A stretch of 47,551 nt of DNA, from NCBI GenBank assembly GCA_037139855.1, contig JBAXFM010000003.1, positions 1 through 47,551 of the forward strand, in the 5' to 3' direction. The DNA comes from Bacteroidota bacterium. GTDB lineage: Bacteria; Bacteroidota; Bacteroidia; Bacteroidales; FEN-979. Made by a program: the position numbers and the translations under genes. The notes beneath the pieces were generated by a model. That model was not told the DNA's origin. It made no database searches and was given only the letters and a program-made list of their open reading frames with translations. Position 1 is the stretch's first letter. Every line of letters begins with the position of its first letter. Below are positions 28,961-37,508 of this stretch, in pieces.

Positions 28961-30502
28961 ATGACAGATATTGAACAACATTTAATTCAATTATATACAT
29001 CCTGGGCTGGAATACCCCCCCTTTCGATTACAATATTGCCTGGTTCCGGATCTTACCGGAGCTACTACCGGTTGCAGGGTGTTAAAGAGACAGTTATCGG
29101 GGCACACAACGATGATATCCGCGAAAACGAGGCATTTATTTCCTTTACAAATCATTTTCGCCATGAAGGTCTGCCTGTTCCTGAGATACTGGCCAACGAT
29201 CCGGTTAACCGCATTTACCTCCTTACCGACCTGGGAGATGTGACCCTTTATCAATTGCTGACAGAAAAGCGTAATACAGTGTTGTCATCAGATCCTTTGT
29301 CCCCAAGGAATGGGTTCCCGGTTGCATTTCCCGAAGAGGTTTTAAATATTTATAAAAAAGCCATTGCCTGGCTTCCGCTGTTTCAGGTTAAAGCCGGGAA
29401 GGCCCTGGATTATTCCGTCTGCTATCCGCGTGCCGCCTTCGACCGGCAATCGATGATGTGGGACCTTAACTATTTCAAGTATTATTTTCTTAAGCTTGCA
29501 AAGATTCCTTTTGATGAACAGGCTTTGGAGGACGATTTTAATCATTTTTGTGACTTTTTGCTTGAAGCGGATGCCGAGTTCTTTCTTTATCGTGATTTTC
29601 AGTCGCGCAACATTATGATTGTTAATGGCGAACCCTGGTTCATTGATTATCAGGGAGGCAGGAAAGGCGCATTGCAATATGACGTTGCTTCATTGCTTAC
29701 TGATGGGAAGGCCGATATCCCAATGGCAGTCAGGCAGGAATTATTACAATACTATCTGCAAAAACTTGGTGAGATCTATACGGTTGATCAGGTGGAGTTT
29801 TTGAGAATTTTTAATGGTTTTGCCCTGATTCGGATTCTCCAGGCCATGGGCGCCTATGGCTTCAGGGGTTACTATGAAAATAAAACCCATTTTCTGCAAA
29901 GCATTCCTTTCGCGTTGCGCAACCTTCGGTATATGCGTGAGAATAACATGATCGGATTTGGTCTCAGTGAATTGATGTCGGTCATTGACAGGATGGTCGA
30001 AAATCCAAATTTTTATATCAAAGAAACCATTGAAGTTGATGAGCATAAAAGTAAAAGAAACAATAATTTAAGTCATTTTACCAAATCTGATGATTTAAGA
30101 GGTGTTCTCACAGTTTCCATCCATAGTTTTTCATATAAAAAATCAATTCCGGCAGATGAAACAGGAAATGGCGGAGGGTTCATTTTTGATTGCCGTGCCT
30201 TGCCAAACCCCGGAAGATTTGATGAATATAAGCACCTCACCGGAAAAGATCAACCTGTGATTAATTATCTTGATCAGGAACACGCAGTGAACGAATTTTG
30301 CAGTCATGCCTTTTCACTGGTCGATCAGAGTGTTCAAACATACATCAAACGCCAATTCAATCACCTCATGGTTTCATTTGGATGTACAGGCGGTCAGCAT
30401 CGATCCGTTTATTGTGCCGAAAATCTTGCCAAATATCTGAAAACCAAATACCCCGTCTTTATCATCTTAACCCACCTGGAACAAAACCAACTTAACACTT
30501 AA
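28961..30502 (+). CDS. amgK: AmgK-like anomeric MurNAc/GlcNAc kinase (APH fold) fused to a RapZ C-terminal-like domain
   Basis: GSGSYRSYYR, LTDLGD, YRDFQSRNIM, FIDYQG and YDVASLL, with a C-terminal SFSYK...FDCRALPNP...FGCTGGQHRSV. Confidence 0.8.
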   Translation: MTDIEQHLIQLYTSWAGIPPLSITILPGSGSYRSYYRLQGVKETVIGAHNDDIRENEAFISFTNHFRHEGLPVPEILANDPVNRIYLLTDLGDVTLYQLLTEKRNTVLSSDPLSPRNGFPVAFPEEVLNIYKKAIAWLPLFQVKAGKALDYSVCYPRAAFDRQSMMWDLNYFKYYFLKLAKIPFDEQALEDDFNHFCDFLLEADAEFFLYRDFQSRNIMIVNGEPWFIDYQGGRKGALQYDVASLLTDGKADIPMAVRQELLQYYLQKLGEIYTVDQVEFLRIFNGFALIRILQAMGAYGFRGYYENKTHFLQSIPFALRNLRYMRENNMIGFGLSELMSVIDRMVENPNFYIKETIEVDEHKSKRNNNLSHFTKSDDLRGVLTVSIHSFSYKKSIPADETGNGGGFIFDCRALPNPGRFDEYKHLTGKDQPVINYLDQEHAVNEFCSHAFSLVDQSVQTYIKRQFNHLMVSFGCTGGQHRSVYCAENLAKYLKTKYPVFIILTHLEQNQLNT

Positions 30503-30521
30503 CTTAACGCTTATTTTATTG

Positions 30522-31217
30522 ATGAAAGCAATGATCCTTGCCGCAGGTCTCGGCACCCGGCTTAAGCCATTTACAGATTCAAAACCAAAAGCGCTTTATC
30601 AGGTTGAGGGGAAAACATTGCTTGAACATGCCATTATTCATTTGAAATCGGCCGGCATCAATGAAATAATTATTAATGTACACCACTTTGCAGATCAGAT
30701 TGTTGAATTCATTCATCTGCATAAAAACTTTGGCATAAGGATGGCAGTTTCTGATGAAACCGGCGAACTGCTTGACACTGGCGGCGGATTAAAAAAAGCG
30801 GCCTGGTTCTTTGACAACTGCGATAGTGCCATTGTGCGGAATGTTGATATTCTCTCCGACCTTGACCTGAAGAGCATGGAAAAATTTCACCTGAATTCCC
30901 ATTCACTCGCCACCCTGGCAGTGCGTAACCGCACAACCTCCCGGTATTTTCTGTTTGATGATCAGATGAACTTATGCGGCTGGGAAAACCTGAAAACTGG
31001 CGAAAAACGTGTTGCACGCAAAACAATTACTTCCACGCCATTTGCATTCAGTGGGATACAAATCATAAATCCGCTGATTATATCCGAAATTGTGGAAGAA
31101 GGAAAATTCTCCCTGACAACCCTCTATCTCCGACTGGCAAAAACAGAAAACATCACAGGCTATGTTGAAGATGGAATGCTTTGGAAAGATGTTGGACGAA
31201 TGACGATTGACGGATGA
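30522..31217 (+). CDS. murU: Nucleotidyltransferase, MurU-like
   Basis: MKAMILAAGLGTRLKPFT..KPKAL, INVHHFA and LLDTGGGL. Lies directly after the amgK-like gene. Confidence 0.8.
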   Translation: MKAMILAAGLGTRLKPFTDSKPKALYQVEGKTLLEHAIIHLKSAGINEIIINVHHFADQIVEFIHLHKNFGIRMAVSDETGELLDTGGGLKKAAWFFDNCDSAIVRNVDILSDLDLKSMEKFHLNSHSLATLAVRNRTTSRYFLFDDQMNLCGWENLKTGEKRVARKTITSTPFAFSGIQIINPLIISEIVEEGKFSLTTLYLRLAKTENITGYVEDGMLWKDVGRMTIDG

Positions 31218-31232
31218 CGAATGACTCGTCAT
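31195..31232. repeat. Degenerate GACGAAT heptamer array at a convergent gene junction
   Basis: gacgaat gacgatt gacggat gacgaat gac, followed by an inverted tcgtcatt. Confidence 0.75.
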
Positions 31233-32281
31233 TTTTTTCTGGCCGGACACAATGAGCTATCCTCATACCATCTGCATTTCGGTTTGCAATTCAGACAAAA
31301 ATTAATTTCCTCATTGTTCAACACGTGATTCACCCAATTGGGATCTGCCAGTTGTGGCTTTCCGATGGCAACAAAGTCAGCCTGGTTGTTTTCAATTAAC
31401 CAGGCTGCACGCTCTGGTGTTTTAATGTCATTTACCACGATCACCGGGATGCTGACCTGGGTTTTGATGACCGTTCCGCTATATACGATCCAATTGTATG
31501 CAAAATCTTTAGGTGTACGGGGAAGGTTCATCAAACTGCCTCCATGAGATACATGTAAAATGTCCACACCGGCATTTTCAAGATGTTTTGCGATGGCAAT
31601 GCCATCGTCAAGGGTGGGTGAGTTCGCTCCCAACCGATAGCCAATGATGAACTCATCACCACAACGCTGCCTGATTCCCTGGATGATATCTGTGGCGAGT
31701 CTGAGATTATTTATAAGGTTTCCGCCATATTCATCTTCCCGTTTATTAAACAGGGTCGATGCAAACTGGTTTAATAGGTATCCATGGGCGCCATGCAATT
31801 CAACTCCTTGGTATCCGGCCTTTTGTGCCCTTTCAGCTCCATCAATGAATGCTTCCCTGATCGCTGCAATCTCCGGAACCGTCAATGCCATCGACCTGGG
31901 ATTCTGTACATCCACTGAAGGCGCTTTTGCTACGTCTGAAACATATTCGTTGGTTAACAATCCTGCATGATGAATCTGTAACAGCGATACAGCCCCTTCC
32001 TTTTTTACTACAGCCGCGATTTGGCTCATTCCCTGAATTTGATCATCGGACCATATTCCCAGTTGAAACGGCGCAAGACGGCCATCTTTCCATACACAGG
32101 TTGCTTCGGTAATAACAATTCCTGCTCCCCCGGCCGCAAGCTGGCGGTAATGTTCAAAGTTTTTAGAAGTTACAATTCCATCCCCCAGGGCATAGCGGAA
32201 ACAGACCACAGGAGGGAAAACGATGCGGTTTTTAACCGTGAGTCCTTTGAGGAGGAATTTTGCAAAGAGTGGTTGATGCAT
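31229..32281 (-). CDS. NADH:flavin oxidoreductase (Old Yellow Enzyme family) with C-terminal Cys cluster
   Basis: KNRIVFPP, LLQIHHAG, VELHGAHGYLLNQF, NKREDEYGG and C-x2-C-x3-C-x8-C. The ATG at 32281 is preferred because the promoter box overlaps 32329. Confidence 0.9.
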   Translation of the reverse strand: MHQPLFAKFLLKGLTVKNRIVFPPVVCFRYALGDGIVTSKNFEHYRQLAAGGAGIVITEATCVWKDGRLAPFQLGIWSDDQIQGMSQIAAVVKKEGAVSLLQIHHAGLLTNEYVSDVAKAPSVDVQNPRSMALTVPEIAAIREAFIDGAERAQKAGYQGVELHGAHGYLLNQFASTLFNKREDEYGGNLINNLRLATDIIQGIRQRCGDEFIIGYRLGANSPTLDDGIAIAKHLENAGVDILHVSHGGSLMNLPRTPKDFAYNWIVYSGTVIKTQVSIPVIVVNDIKTPERAAWLIENNQADFVAIGKPQLADPNWVNHVLNNEEINFCLNCKPKCRWYEDSSLCPARKK

Positions 32282-32326
32282 GAACTGAGTAATTTGAGAT
32301 AATAACATGAAAACATTATACCGGAT

Positions 32327-32334
32327 CAAAGGTA
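32327..32334 (-). promoter_or_regulatory. -7 promoter element TACCTTTG for the OYE gene
   Basis: Exact TAnnTTTG on the minus strand. Confidence 0.6.
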
Positions 32335-32606
32335 AGCATTCTAAGAATTGAAGCCCGAATAACGTTTAAAAATGGTTTTCAATTGATAAATGTCAACGAT
32401 AAAGTCGTTTTTTTTCTTTTTAAATCCGGATAAATTACCGCTTATATCAAATTAAATTACTGCTCTATTGTTAGGGTAATTATTGTTAAAATAAATAAAT
32501 TTACAAAATCACTCATTCCTGCCTGGTTTTTTACCCGAATCTACACGAATTCCTTGTTGATAATTCCTTTGTCCAACCACATTATTTACCATTAATCCCT
32601 TCAACC

Positions 32607-34313
32607 ATGAAAAAGAGTATGTTCAGAATTAGTATTTTAACAATAATCGCTTCAATCTTTTTGCCTCTCTGTTTGAGCGCCCAGGTAAGCGTTAATGCAG
32701 ATGGCGCCATACCCGATAATTCGGCGATGCTGGATGTGAAATCAACCACTAAGGGGATGCTGGTTCCCCGGATGACAGCCGCACAGCGGGATGCGATCAG
32801 CAATCCTGCAAAAGGTCTGCTTATCTTTTGTACGGATAACAACTACTATTATTCCAACAAAGGAAACCCGGGCAGCCCAGTTTGGGTGGTTGTGAGCAGC
32901 CAGTGGTCTGATTCGGGCAGCAATTTATTTTACACACTTGGAAATGTTGGAATCGGAACTAATCTACCCCAAAGCACATTAGATGTTGCCGGAAACATCG
33001 CCCTCAATAACAATGAACTTCGACTACGGGGTGGCACCGACGGTAATCACGGGTTGAAATATGACATAGCCATAGACGGCCCATATTTGTTTGGTTGGGC
33101 CGGAGGTGCGTTGGGCACAATCGGCCTGCCCCATTCTTTATCCTGGGATTATAATGGCAACGTACAGGTTCGTTCAAGCTTCAGTGTTGGCGGCGATGTT
33201 GGCATTGGCACAAATTCTCCGAACAGTTCGGCTAAAGTAGATATTTCGTCAACCACAAAAGGATTCCTGCCTCCGCGTCTCACAACTGTACAAAGAAATG
33301 CCATTCAAAATCCTGCGGAGGGCTTGACCATATACAACACGGATGTAAAATGTATTGAATTTTATGCCGGTCAGGCTAACGGTTGGTTCAGTCCTTGTCT
33401 GAGTTTTGGAACAATAAGTTGTTCCGACCCCGTGGTCAATGGAACCTGTATTGCAGGAACTCCTTTGTCGGCCGCCAATACGGTATCCTTGACTGTAACC
33501 AACACAACAATCGGAGGGTACAATATTTCAACCAATACTGTCAATGGTATTCAGTTTTCAAAAATGGGAACATTTACAACCATTGGTTCCCAGGTGATTG
33601 TTTTAAATGGCACTGGTACGCCTGTAATAACTGGTATAACAACTTTCACTGTTTCTTATGGTAATTCAAGTTGTACTTTTTCGGTCACCGTTACGAATGC
33701 ATCAGGAACGCCCTGTTCGGGAACACCCGTGGTAACATACGCCGGACAAACCTACAACACTGTTCAGATTGGCACCCAATGCTGGTTTAAGGAGAACCTG
33801 AATATCGGGGTGCGAATCACTGCAGTCAGCCTGTTGGGTCAAACGGACAATGGGGTGATTGAGAAATATTGCTACAATAATCTGGAAGCAAATTGTGACA
33901 TTTACGGGGGTTTGTACAGGTGGCATGAGCTCATGCAATATATCAATACAGAAGGAGTTCAGGGCATTTGTCCAACAGGCTGGCATATTCCAACGGATGC
34001 AGAATGGAGCACCCTTACGACTTATCTTGGTGGATCAAGTGTTGCCGGAAGTAAAATGAAAGAAAGTGGCACTGCGCACTGGGTATCACCGAATTCCGGA
34101 GCTGACAATAGCAGCGGATTCACAGCCCTTCCGGGTGGCAACTTCTCAGGCGATAATGTTTTCGTGGACCTTGGTAACCGTGCCTTTTTTTGGTCTTCAT
34201 CTCAGGTCTTAAACGGTTATGCATGGAACCGTGTCCTTGAACAGAGTGGAGGTGTATCCCGGATCTCAGACTATGAGTTGTTCGAATATAGTGTCCGTTG
34301 CCTGAAGAATTGA
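32607..34313 (+). CDS. Secreted protein: shared N-terminal module + Ig-like segment + FISUMP (Fib_succ_major) domain
   Basis: Signal peptide, [21 protein letters not shown], and FISUMP motifs [46 protein letters not shown] and SVRCLKN. Confidence 0.85.
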   Translation: MKKSMFRISILTIIASIFLPLCLSAQVSVNADGAIPDNSAMLDVKSTTKGMLVPRMTAAQRDAISNPAKGLLIFCTDNNYYYSNKGNPGSPVWVVVSSQWSDSGSNLFYTLGNVGIGTNLPQSTLDVAGNIALNNNELRLRGGTDGNHGLKYDIAIDGPYLFGWAGGALGTIGLPHSLSWDYNGNVQVRSSFSVGGDVGIGTNSPNSSAKVDISSTTKGFLPPRLTTVQRNAIQNPAEGLTIYNTDVKCIEFYAGQANGWFSPCLSFGTISCSDPVVNGTCIAGTPLSAANTVSLTVTNTTIGGYNISTNTVNGIQFSKMGTFTTIGSQVIVLNGTGTPVITGITTFTVSYGNSSCTFSVTVTNASGTPCSGTPVVTYAGQTYNTVQIGTQCWFKENLNIGVRITAVSLLGQTDNGVIEKYCYNNLEANCDIYGGLYRWHELMQYINTEGVQGICPTGWHIPTDAEWSTLTTYLGGSSVAGSKMKESGTAHWVSPNSGADNSSGFTALPGGNFSGDNVFVDLGNRAFFWSSSQVLNGYAWNRVLEQSGGVSRISDYELFEYSVRCLKN

Positions 34314-34358
34314 GGGTGTTTATATGCTTATTTTGACAATCACTTAAACTCAATTTTC

Positions 34359-36053
34359 ATGAAAAACCAAATTCTGACAATCCTCTATGTGTCATTAATT
34401 TTATTGATCACCTTGCAAGGTTCAGCACAGGTTGTCATTACTACAGATGGCACAAACCCTGATAACTCGGCCATGCTCGATGTGAAATCCACCACCAAGG
34501 GGATGCTGGTGCCGCGGATGACTGCCGCACAACGCGATGCCATCATCAATCCAGCCAGGGGCTTACTGATTTTTTGCACCGACAACAGCGGCTACTATTC
34601 CAACAGAGGTACTTCCGGGACCCCCGTGTGGGTGATGATGAGCAGCCAATGGGTAACCTCGGGCTCTGCCATTTTTTATTCCCCTGGCAACGTCGGGATC
34701 GGAACAACCGCACCACAGAGCAAATTAGATGTTACCGGAAACAGTGCTCTCAACGACCATGAACTCCGCCTCCGGGATGGAAATAATGGTGATCATGTGT
34801 TGAAATATGATAATGCCACCGATGGTCCCTATTTATTTGGTTGGAACGGAGGCGCACTTGGCACCGCTGGTCAGCCCCATTCCTTGACCTGGGATTATAA
34901 TGGCAATGTGCAGGTGCTTTCGATTTTTACTATTGGCGGCGATGCTGGCATTGGCACAAATTCTCCGAACAGTTCGGCTAAAGTTGACATTTCGTCAACC
35001 ACAAAAGGATTCTTGCCTCCCAGGCTGACCACCACGCAGAGAGATGCCATTCAAAATCCTGCAGAGGGTTTGACCATTTACAACACCGATTTGAAATGTA
35101 TTGAATTTTATGCCGGCACCGTCATCGGCTGGCAATGTCCCTGTGTGAGTTATGGGACAATCAGTTGTTCCAACCCTCTGGTCGTTGGAATATGTGTTGC
35201 CGGAATTCCATTATCGGCTGGTAACACCGTTTCCGTATCGGTAACCAACACCACCACAGGAGGGTACAATATCTCGACCAACACAGTCAATGGAATTCGA
35301 TTTTCAAAAATGGGTACCTTTACCACCATTGGGCCACAGGTCGTCGTGCTGAACGGCAGCGGTACCCCTTCTTCCACTGGTACTGCAAATTTTACCGTGA
35401 TCTATGGTAATTCAGCCTGCAATTTTTCAATCAATGTAACCAACTCAATGGGAGTTTCCTGCGCCGGAACCCCCACTGTTACCTATGCCGGACAAACCTA
35501 CAACACCGTTCAGATCGGCACCCAATGCTGGTTAAAAGAGAACATGAATGTAGGCGTTCGGATTAATGTGGGTCAGGGGCAATCAGACAATGGTGTTATT
35601 GAGAAATATTGCTACGATAATCTGGAGTCCAACTGTGACATTTATGGAGGCTTATACCAATGGAATGAAATTATTCAATATGGAGGCTGGTATGGAGGAG
35701 AGAGGGGGATATGTCCGATTGGCTGGCATGTTCCAACCAAGGAAGATTTTTCCTCCATGGTAAACTATCTTGGAGGCCAAAGTGTCGCAGGTGGTTGTAT
35801 GAAAGAAGGCGGCACGACCCACTGGGCATCTCCCAATACAGGCGGTAATAACAGCAGTGGTTTTACCGCTCTTGCAGGCGGTAATATCTATGGAGGGGTA
35901 GGCCTCGAAGGCAACTTCTGGACTTCCAGTTGGTTCTTTAGCACATATCTCACGATGGGTCCCATTGGTCAAATCCTGTATTACAATAGCAGTGCGATAA
36001 TTGAAATGGTAAACCCCTACGATGGACTTAGTGGTCGTTGCCTCAAGAATTAG
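34359..36053 (+). CDS. Paralogue of the preceding FISUMP protein
   Basis: Collinear with 32607-34313 over its whole length and most divergent in the last ~60 aa. Confidence 0.85.
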   Translation: MKNQILTILYVSLILLITLQGSAQVVITTDGTNPDNSAMLDVKSTTKGMLVPRMTAAQRDAIINPARGLLIFCTDNSGYYSNRGTSGTPVWVMMSSQWVTSGSAIFYSPGNVGIGTTAPQSKLDVTGNSALNDHELRLRDGNNGDHVLKYDNATDGPYLFGWNGGALGTAGQPHSLTWDYNGNVQVLSIFTIGGDAGIGTNSPNSSAKVDISSTTKGFLPPRLTTTQRDAIQNPAEGLTIYNTDLKCIEFYAGTVIGWQCPCVSYGTISCSNPLVVGICVAGIPLSAGNTVSVSVTNTTTGGYNISTNTVNGIRFSKMGTFTTIGPQVVVLNGSGTPSSTGTANFTVIYGNSACNFSINVTNSMGVSCAGTPTVTYAGQTYNTVQIGTQCWLKENMNVGVRINVGQGQSDNGVIEKYCYDNLESNCDIYGGLYQWNEIIQYGGWYGGERGICPIGWHVPTKEDFSSMVNYLGGQSVAGGCMKEGGTTHWASPNTGGNNSSGFTALAGGNIYGGVGLEGNFWTSSWFFSTYLTMGPIGQILYYNSSAIIEMVNPYDGLSGRCLKN

Positions 36054-36087
36054 ATGCTTTTTATTCACTGATCTTAAACAATATTTT

Positions 36088-37374
36088 ATGAAAAGATTTA
36101 TCCTTCTGCTGGTTTTTACAGGAATTCTGATAATCTTCCCTTTCCATGTTTATGCGCAAGTCGCCATAACGCCCGATGGCTCATCGCCCGATAATTCGGC
36201 GATGCTTGATGTGAAATCAACCACTAAGGGGATGCTGGTTCCCCGGATGACAGCCGCACAGCGGGATGCGATCAGCAGTCCTGCGAAAGGTCTGCTGATC
36301 TTTTGTACGGACAATAACCAGTATTATTGCAACAAAACAGGCCCTGCTGATCCGGTGTGGATAATGGTGAGCAGCCAATGGTCCTCAACGGGAACTGATT
36401 TATTTTATACCCTTGGAAATGTCGGAATCGGAACTCCCGTTCCTCATTCAAAGCTGGATGTAAACGGTATTATTTCTTTAAATGATTTTACACTCAGGTT
36501 GCGTTCCGGAAATAACGGCGATCATGGTTTGCAATGGGATGGCTCAGTTGACGGCCCATATTTGTTTGGCTGGAACGGAGGAGCGCTTGGCACGATTGGC
36601 GAACCCCATTCGTTAACATGGGATTATAACGGCAATGTGCAGGTGCGTTCTATCTTTACTGTTGGAGGTGATGTTCGCATTGGCACTCCGGCTCCCTACA
36701 ATTCAGCCATACTTGAGATCACCTCAACCACCAGGGGTTTGCTTCCTCCGCGCATGACCCAGAGTCAACGGGATGTCATTGTATCACCTGTTGCAGGGTT
36801 ACAGGTTTTTAATTCCAACACCCACAGACCCAATTACTTTGATGGCGCTGAATGGATGAATTTTGATGGCACTTCTGCCAAAACAATAACAGTTGGTATT
36901 GGGGATTCTTATCAGGGGGGCAAAGTGGCATATATCCTGCAATCCGGCGATCCCGGTTATGATGCCAGTGTTCAACACGGTTTAATTGCAGCACCATCTG
37001 ACCAGGGGACTGTAGAGTGGGGCTGTTACGGAACTATAATATCAGGTGCAGATGGAACAGCCTTAGGCACAGGTAATCAAAACACATTAGACATAATGGC
37101 AGGTTGTACGGAAGCAGGAATTGCAGCAAGAATTTGCGGTGATCTGGTGTTAAACGGATACAGCGACTGGTACCTGCCCAGTAAAGATGAATTGAACAAA
37201 CTCTATCTGAAAAGAGTTTTCATTGGCGGCTTTGTCAGTCAGAGCTATTGGAGTTCCTCCGAGTACTCCGAGTACCCTGCAACCAACGCGGGGAACCTGG
37301 ACTTCAGCAATGGAGAGCAACTCTCTACTACTAAGAACTACCCAAATGCTGTGCGGGCTGTGCGGGCTTTTTAA
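36088..37374 (+). CDS. Secreted protein: shared N-terminal module + DUF1566 (Lcl C-terminal, CLec-fold) domain
   Basis: The ATG at 36088 gives a signal peptide. Tip motifs are IGDSYQGG, HGLIAA, GYSDWYLPSKDEL and YWSSSE...VRAVRAF. Confidence 0.82.
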   Translation: MKRFILLLVFTGILIIFPFHVYAQVAITPDGSSPDNSAMLDVKSTTKGMLVPRMTAAQRDAISSPAKGLLIFCTDNNQYYCNKTGPADPVWIMVSSQWSSTGTDLFYTLGNVGIGTPVPHSKLDVNGIISLNDFTLRLRSGNNGDHGLQWDGSVDGPYLFGWNGGALGTIGEPHSLTWDYNGNVQVRSIFTVGGDVRIGTPAPYNSAILEITSTTRGLLPPRMTQSQRDVIVSPVAGLQVFNSNTHRPNYFDGAEWMNFDGTSAKTITVGIGDSYQGGKVAYILQSGDPGYDASVQHGLIAAPSDQGTVEWGCYGTIISGADGTALGTGNQNTLDIMAGCTEAGIAARICGDLVLNGYSDWYLPSKDELNKLYLKRVFIGGFVSQSYWSSSEYSEYPATNAGNLDFSNGEQLSTTKNYPNAVRAVRAF

Positions 37375-37508
37375 CAATTCAGCAATTTTACAAATTGCGT
37401 TTAGTAGTCGGATTTTTTAAATATAGTATCTCCACGATGTATCAAAATATGATTTAGCCACTTTGGGTTTTGCCCTTACAGGGTCATTCACTTTCTTATG
37501 CTTCAAAT

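Noticed and set aside
14266-31232. CRISPR array
   Set aside because: The repeats are 7-mers without spacers and no cas genes are present. The PD-(D/E)XK domains belong to AddA/AddB, not Cas4.
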